A DNA stretch of 64,000 nucleotides from Alphaproteobacteria bacterium (lineage in GTDB: Bacteria > Pseudomonadota > Alphaproteobacteria > Bin98), in the NCBI GenBank assembly GCA_965261615.1, contig OZ253461.1, forward strand, positions 1,273,223 to 1,337,222, given 5' to 3'. The position numbers and the translations under genes were made by a program. Numbering within the stretch: position 1 is the stretch's first letter; each line of letters starts with the position of its first letter. The notes beneath the pieces are model-generated. The model ran no database searches. It saw only the letters and a list, made by a program, of their open reading frames with translations, and had not been told where the DNA came from. Below are positions 62,471 to 64,000 of the stretch, in pieces.

Positions 62471-63845
62471 TTAGTGCGTCAAATAATTCCTGCACAGTGG
62501 GAATGCCTTTTGCGTAAAGAGGATCATCTTTAAAGCGGTACGCGTTGGTCCCAGCAAACATTAAGTCATAATCAACCGAACGTCCACTGATCACCGCTAA
62601 AAGAGTTTTTTGAATACAGTAAGAGCGCGGGTCTGGCAAGCGTCCAGTTGTTCCAAACTCTTGAGACCAGTTGGAAAAATTACACCCTGACAAGCACCCC
62701 ATACAATTACGCTGATCTTCCACAATTTCGCTTTTACGTGCGGGATCTACAAAAAGTAGCGTTTGATCTGGTGTTTTCATCGCCTCTGAAAACCCTTGAG
62801 ATTGCCAGACTTGCACGCGCTCATAGTCTTCTTTTTGTATATACACTAGGCGTTTACGCGGGCCAAAAGCCAATTCCACCAAGCCCTCTCCAGGTTCTGT
62901 AGAAAAATTCACCTGCCTCTCCGAGCGCAATTGCAGTTCTTGCAAAAACTTATTATTTACAGCAGATGAGTAAAAACCAGTGGGAGAGAATTTATTCAAG
63001 TAAATATCCCCTTTTTGTATTTCCATCAAACGTGACTTCCATATAGCAGGAATGGGGCTCTCCTGGGTTAGCAGTGGGCGTGTTCCAAACTGAAAAGCAA
63101 TAGGTCCGATTTCCTTATTGTCAATCCAGTCCTGCCACTCTCGCAAACACCACACACCTCCGGCCATCACAATAGGAACAACTCCTAATCCAACGCTATT
63201 CATCACACGACGAAGTTCAACTACTCTCTGATAAGGCCCTTCAGGGTTTTCTGGATCTTCTTTACGAGACAAACCATTATGGCCTCCCGCGCGCCATGGG
63301 TCTTCATAGACAACAGAGCCCAACCATTCTCGCACACGCGAAAAGCTGCGTCGCCACAGTGCAGAAAACGCTCGAGCTGAAGAAACAATTGGATGGTAAT
63401 AAACCTTATATTGAGCAGCAATTTCAGCGAGCTTATAAGGCATACCTGCCCCACAAGTTATGCCATTAATCAAACCTTTGTGACGCTGCAATACTCCATG
63501 TAACAAAGGTTCGACTCCCCCCATTTCCCACAGAACATTCATATTAATACGGCCTTTCGGACCAGCAATGTCCCGAGCCACAGCTGCCTGCTCTAGGGAG
63601 CCATCAATAGACATTTGAATGTACTCCTGGTGACGGTCTTTACGTGTCAGGCCTTTATACACAACAGGGATCACATTGCCTTGGCTATCATAGCGCTTAG
63701 GACATACTCCTGAAAAAGTGCCCACGCCACCGCAGAGAGCCCAGTGTCCAGCACTTGTTCCGTCTGACGCGCCAATGCCTTTACCACCCTCCACCAAAGG
63801 AAGAACATTCCCTCCTGATAAAAAAAGTTCTGTTAAGCGTTTCAT
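62457..63845 (-). CDS. Nitronate monooxygenase / 2-nitropropane dioxygenase (NMO/NPD) family flavin oxidoreductase-like protein
   Basis: 462 aa; N-terminal LTEL...GGKGIGASDGTSAGHWALCGGVGT resembles the NMO glycine-rich FMN-binding region; family assignment is tentative. Confidence 0.45.
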   Translation of the reverse strand: MKRLTELFLSGGNVLPLVEGGKGIGASDGTSAGHWALCGGVGTFSGVCPKRYDSQGNVIPVVYKGLTRKDRHQEYIQMSIDGSLEQAAVARDIAGPKGRINMNVLWEMGGVEPLLHGVLQRHKGLINGITCGAGMPYKLAEIAAQYKVYYHPIVSSARAFSALWRRSFSRVREWLGSVVYEDPWRAGGHNGLSRKEDPENPEGPYQRVVELRRVMNSVGLGVVPIVMAGGVWCLREWQDWIDNKEIGPIAFQFGTRPLLTQESPIPAIWKSRLMEIQKGDIYLNKFSPTGFYSSAVNNKFLQELQLRSERQVNFSTEPGEGLVELAFGPRKRLVYIQKEDYERVQVWQSQGFSEAMKTPDQTLLFVDPARKSEIVEDQRNCMGCLSGCNFSNWSQEFGTTGRLPDPRSYCIQKTLLAVISGRSVDYDLMFAGTNAYRFKDDPLYAKGIPTVQELFDALIAGN

Positions 63846-64000
63846 GCGTTTATCTTAAAAAAGAGCTTCTCTCCACCAGCATCTACGCGAGAAATCACCA
63901 CATCGAGCTCCTGACCTTCCTCAACCTTAGTGTCCTCACCTTCTGCCAAAATGCCATATTGACCTCGTAGCTCAATCAGCACTTTACCACCTTTGATGCG
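63842..64000 (-). CDS. C-terminal fragment of an S1-like RNA-binding domain protein (gene continues beyond window end)
   Basis: Manual translation ...RIKGGKVLIELRGQYGILAEGEDTKVEEGQELDVVISRVDAGGEKLFFKINA*; ATGA overlap with the downstream NMO-family gene. Confidence 0.4.
   Translation of the reverse strand, partial: RIKGGKVLIELRGQYGILAEGEDTKVEEGQELDVVISRVDAGGEKLFFKINA

Overview
This 64 kb window is dense bacterial core genome, about 90% coding. It looks like an Anaplasmataceae-type alphaproteobacterium: GC is near 50%, there are two tuf copies, and an NtrY/NtrX system is present. The organism call rests on recollection and could not be verified.

Positions 1 to about 26.8 kb hold one colinear minus-strand ribosomal super-cluster. 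In transcription order it runs: tRNA-Arg, tRNA-Tyr, tRNA-Gly, tuf, tRNA-Trp, secE, nusG, rplK, rplA, rplJ, rplL, then an attenuator, rpoB, rpoC, a promoter, rpsL, rpsG, fusA and a second tuf. The full S10 operon (rpsJ to rpsQ) and the spc operon (rplN to rplO) follow, ending in secY, which is truncated at the window start. The two tuf genes sit in 1.2 kb repeats that appear nucleotide-identical, including the Shine-Dalgarno sequence.

Downstream lie:
- mltG and the fab cluster: fabF, acpP, fabG, fabD
- a divergent rpsF-rpsR-rplI operon, where L9 carries a 70 aa acidic tail
- an isolated 529 aa two-transmembrane hypothetical gene with its own terminator and an upstream 14 bp palindrome
- ychF, pth and rplY
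- tRNA-Leu with a textbook promoter
- a divergent trigger-factor-like gene, then clpP, clpX, lon and a class IV aminotransferase
- ntrX, ntrY and dusB on the minus strand
- a TrpR-like YerC/YecD gene with an ATGA overlap to lgt
- secB
- a three-gene ABC uptake system (COG2984-type binding protein, permease, ATPase) with operator-like inverted repeats
- a lipoprotein gene that may be leaderless
- tRNA-Ser, ybeY, phoH and miaB
- a signal-peptide protein with a 48 bp tandem repeat, translationally coupled to miaB
- an NhaD-like antiporter, gltX, pgpA and pgk, the last preceded by an unannotated 38 aa hydrophobic small ORF with a strong ribosome-binding site
- an SH3 protein, an NMO-family oxidoreductase and a C-terminal S1-domain fragment

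No CRISPR array, transposase, integrase or defence island is visible. The candidates worth a second look are the orphan membrane protein, the repeat-bearing secreted protein, the small ORF before pgk, and the possible link between the ABC system and the TrpR-like regulator.
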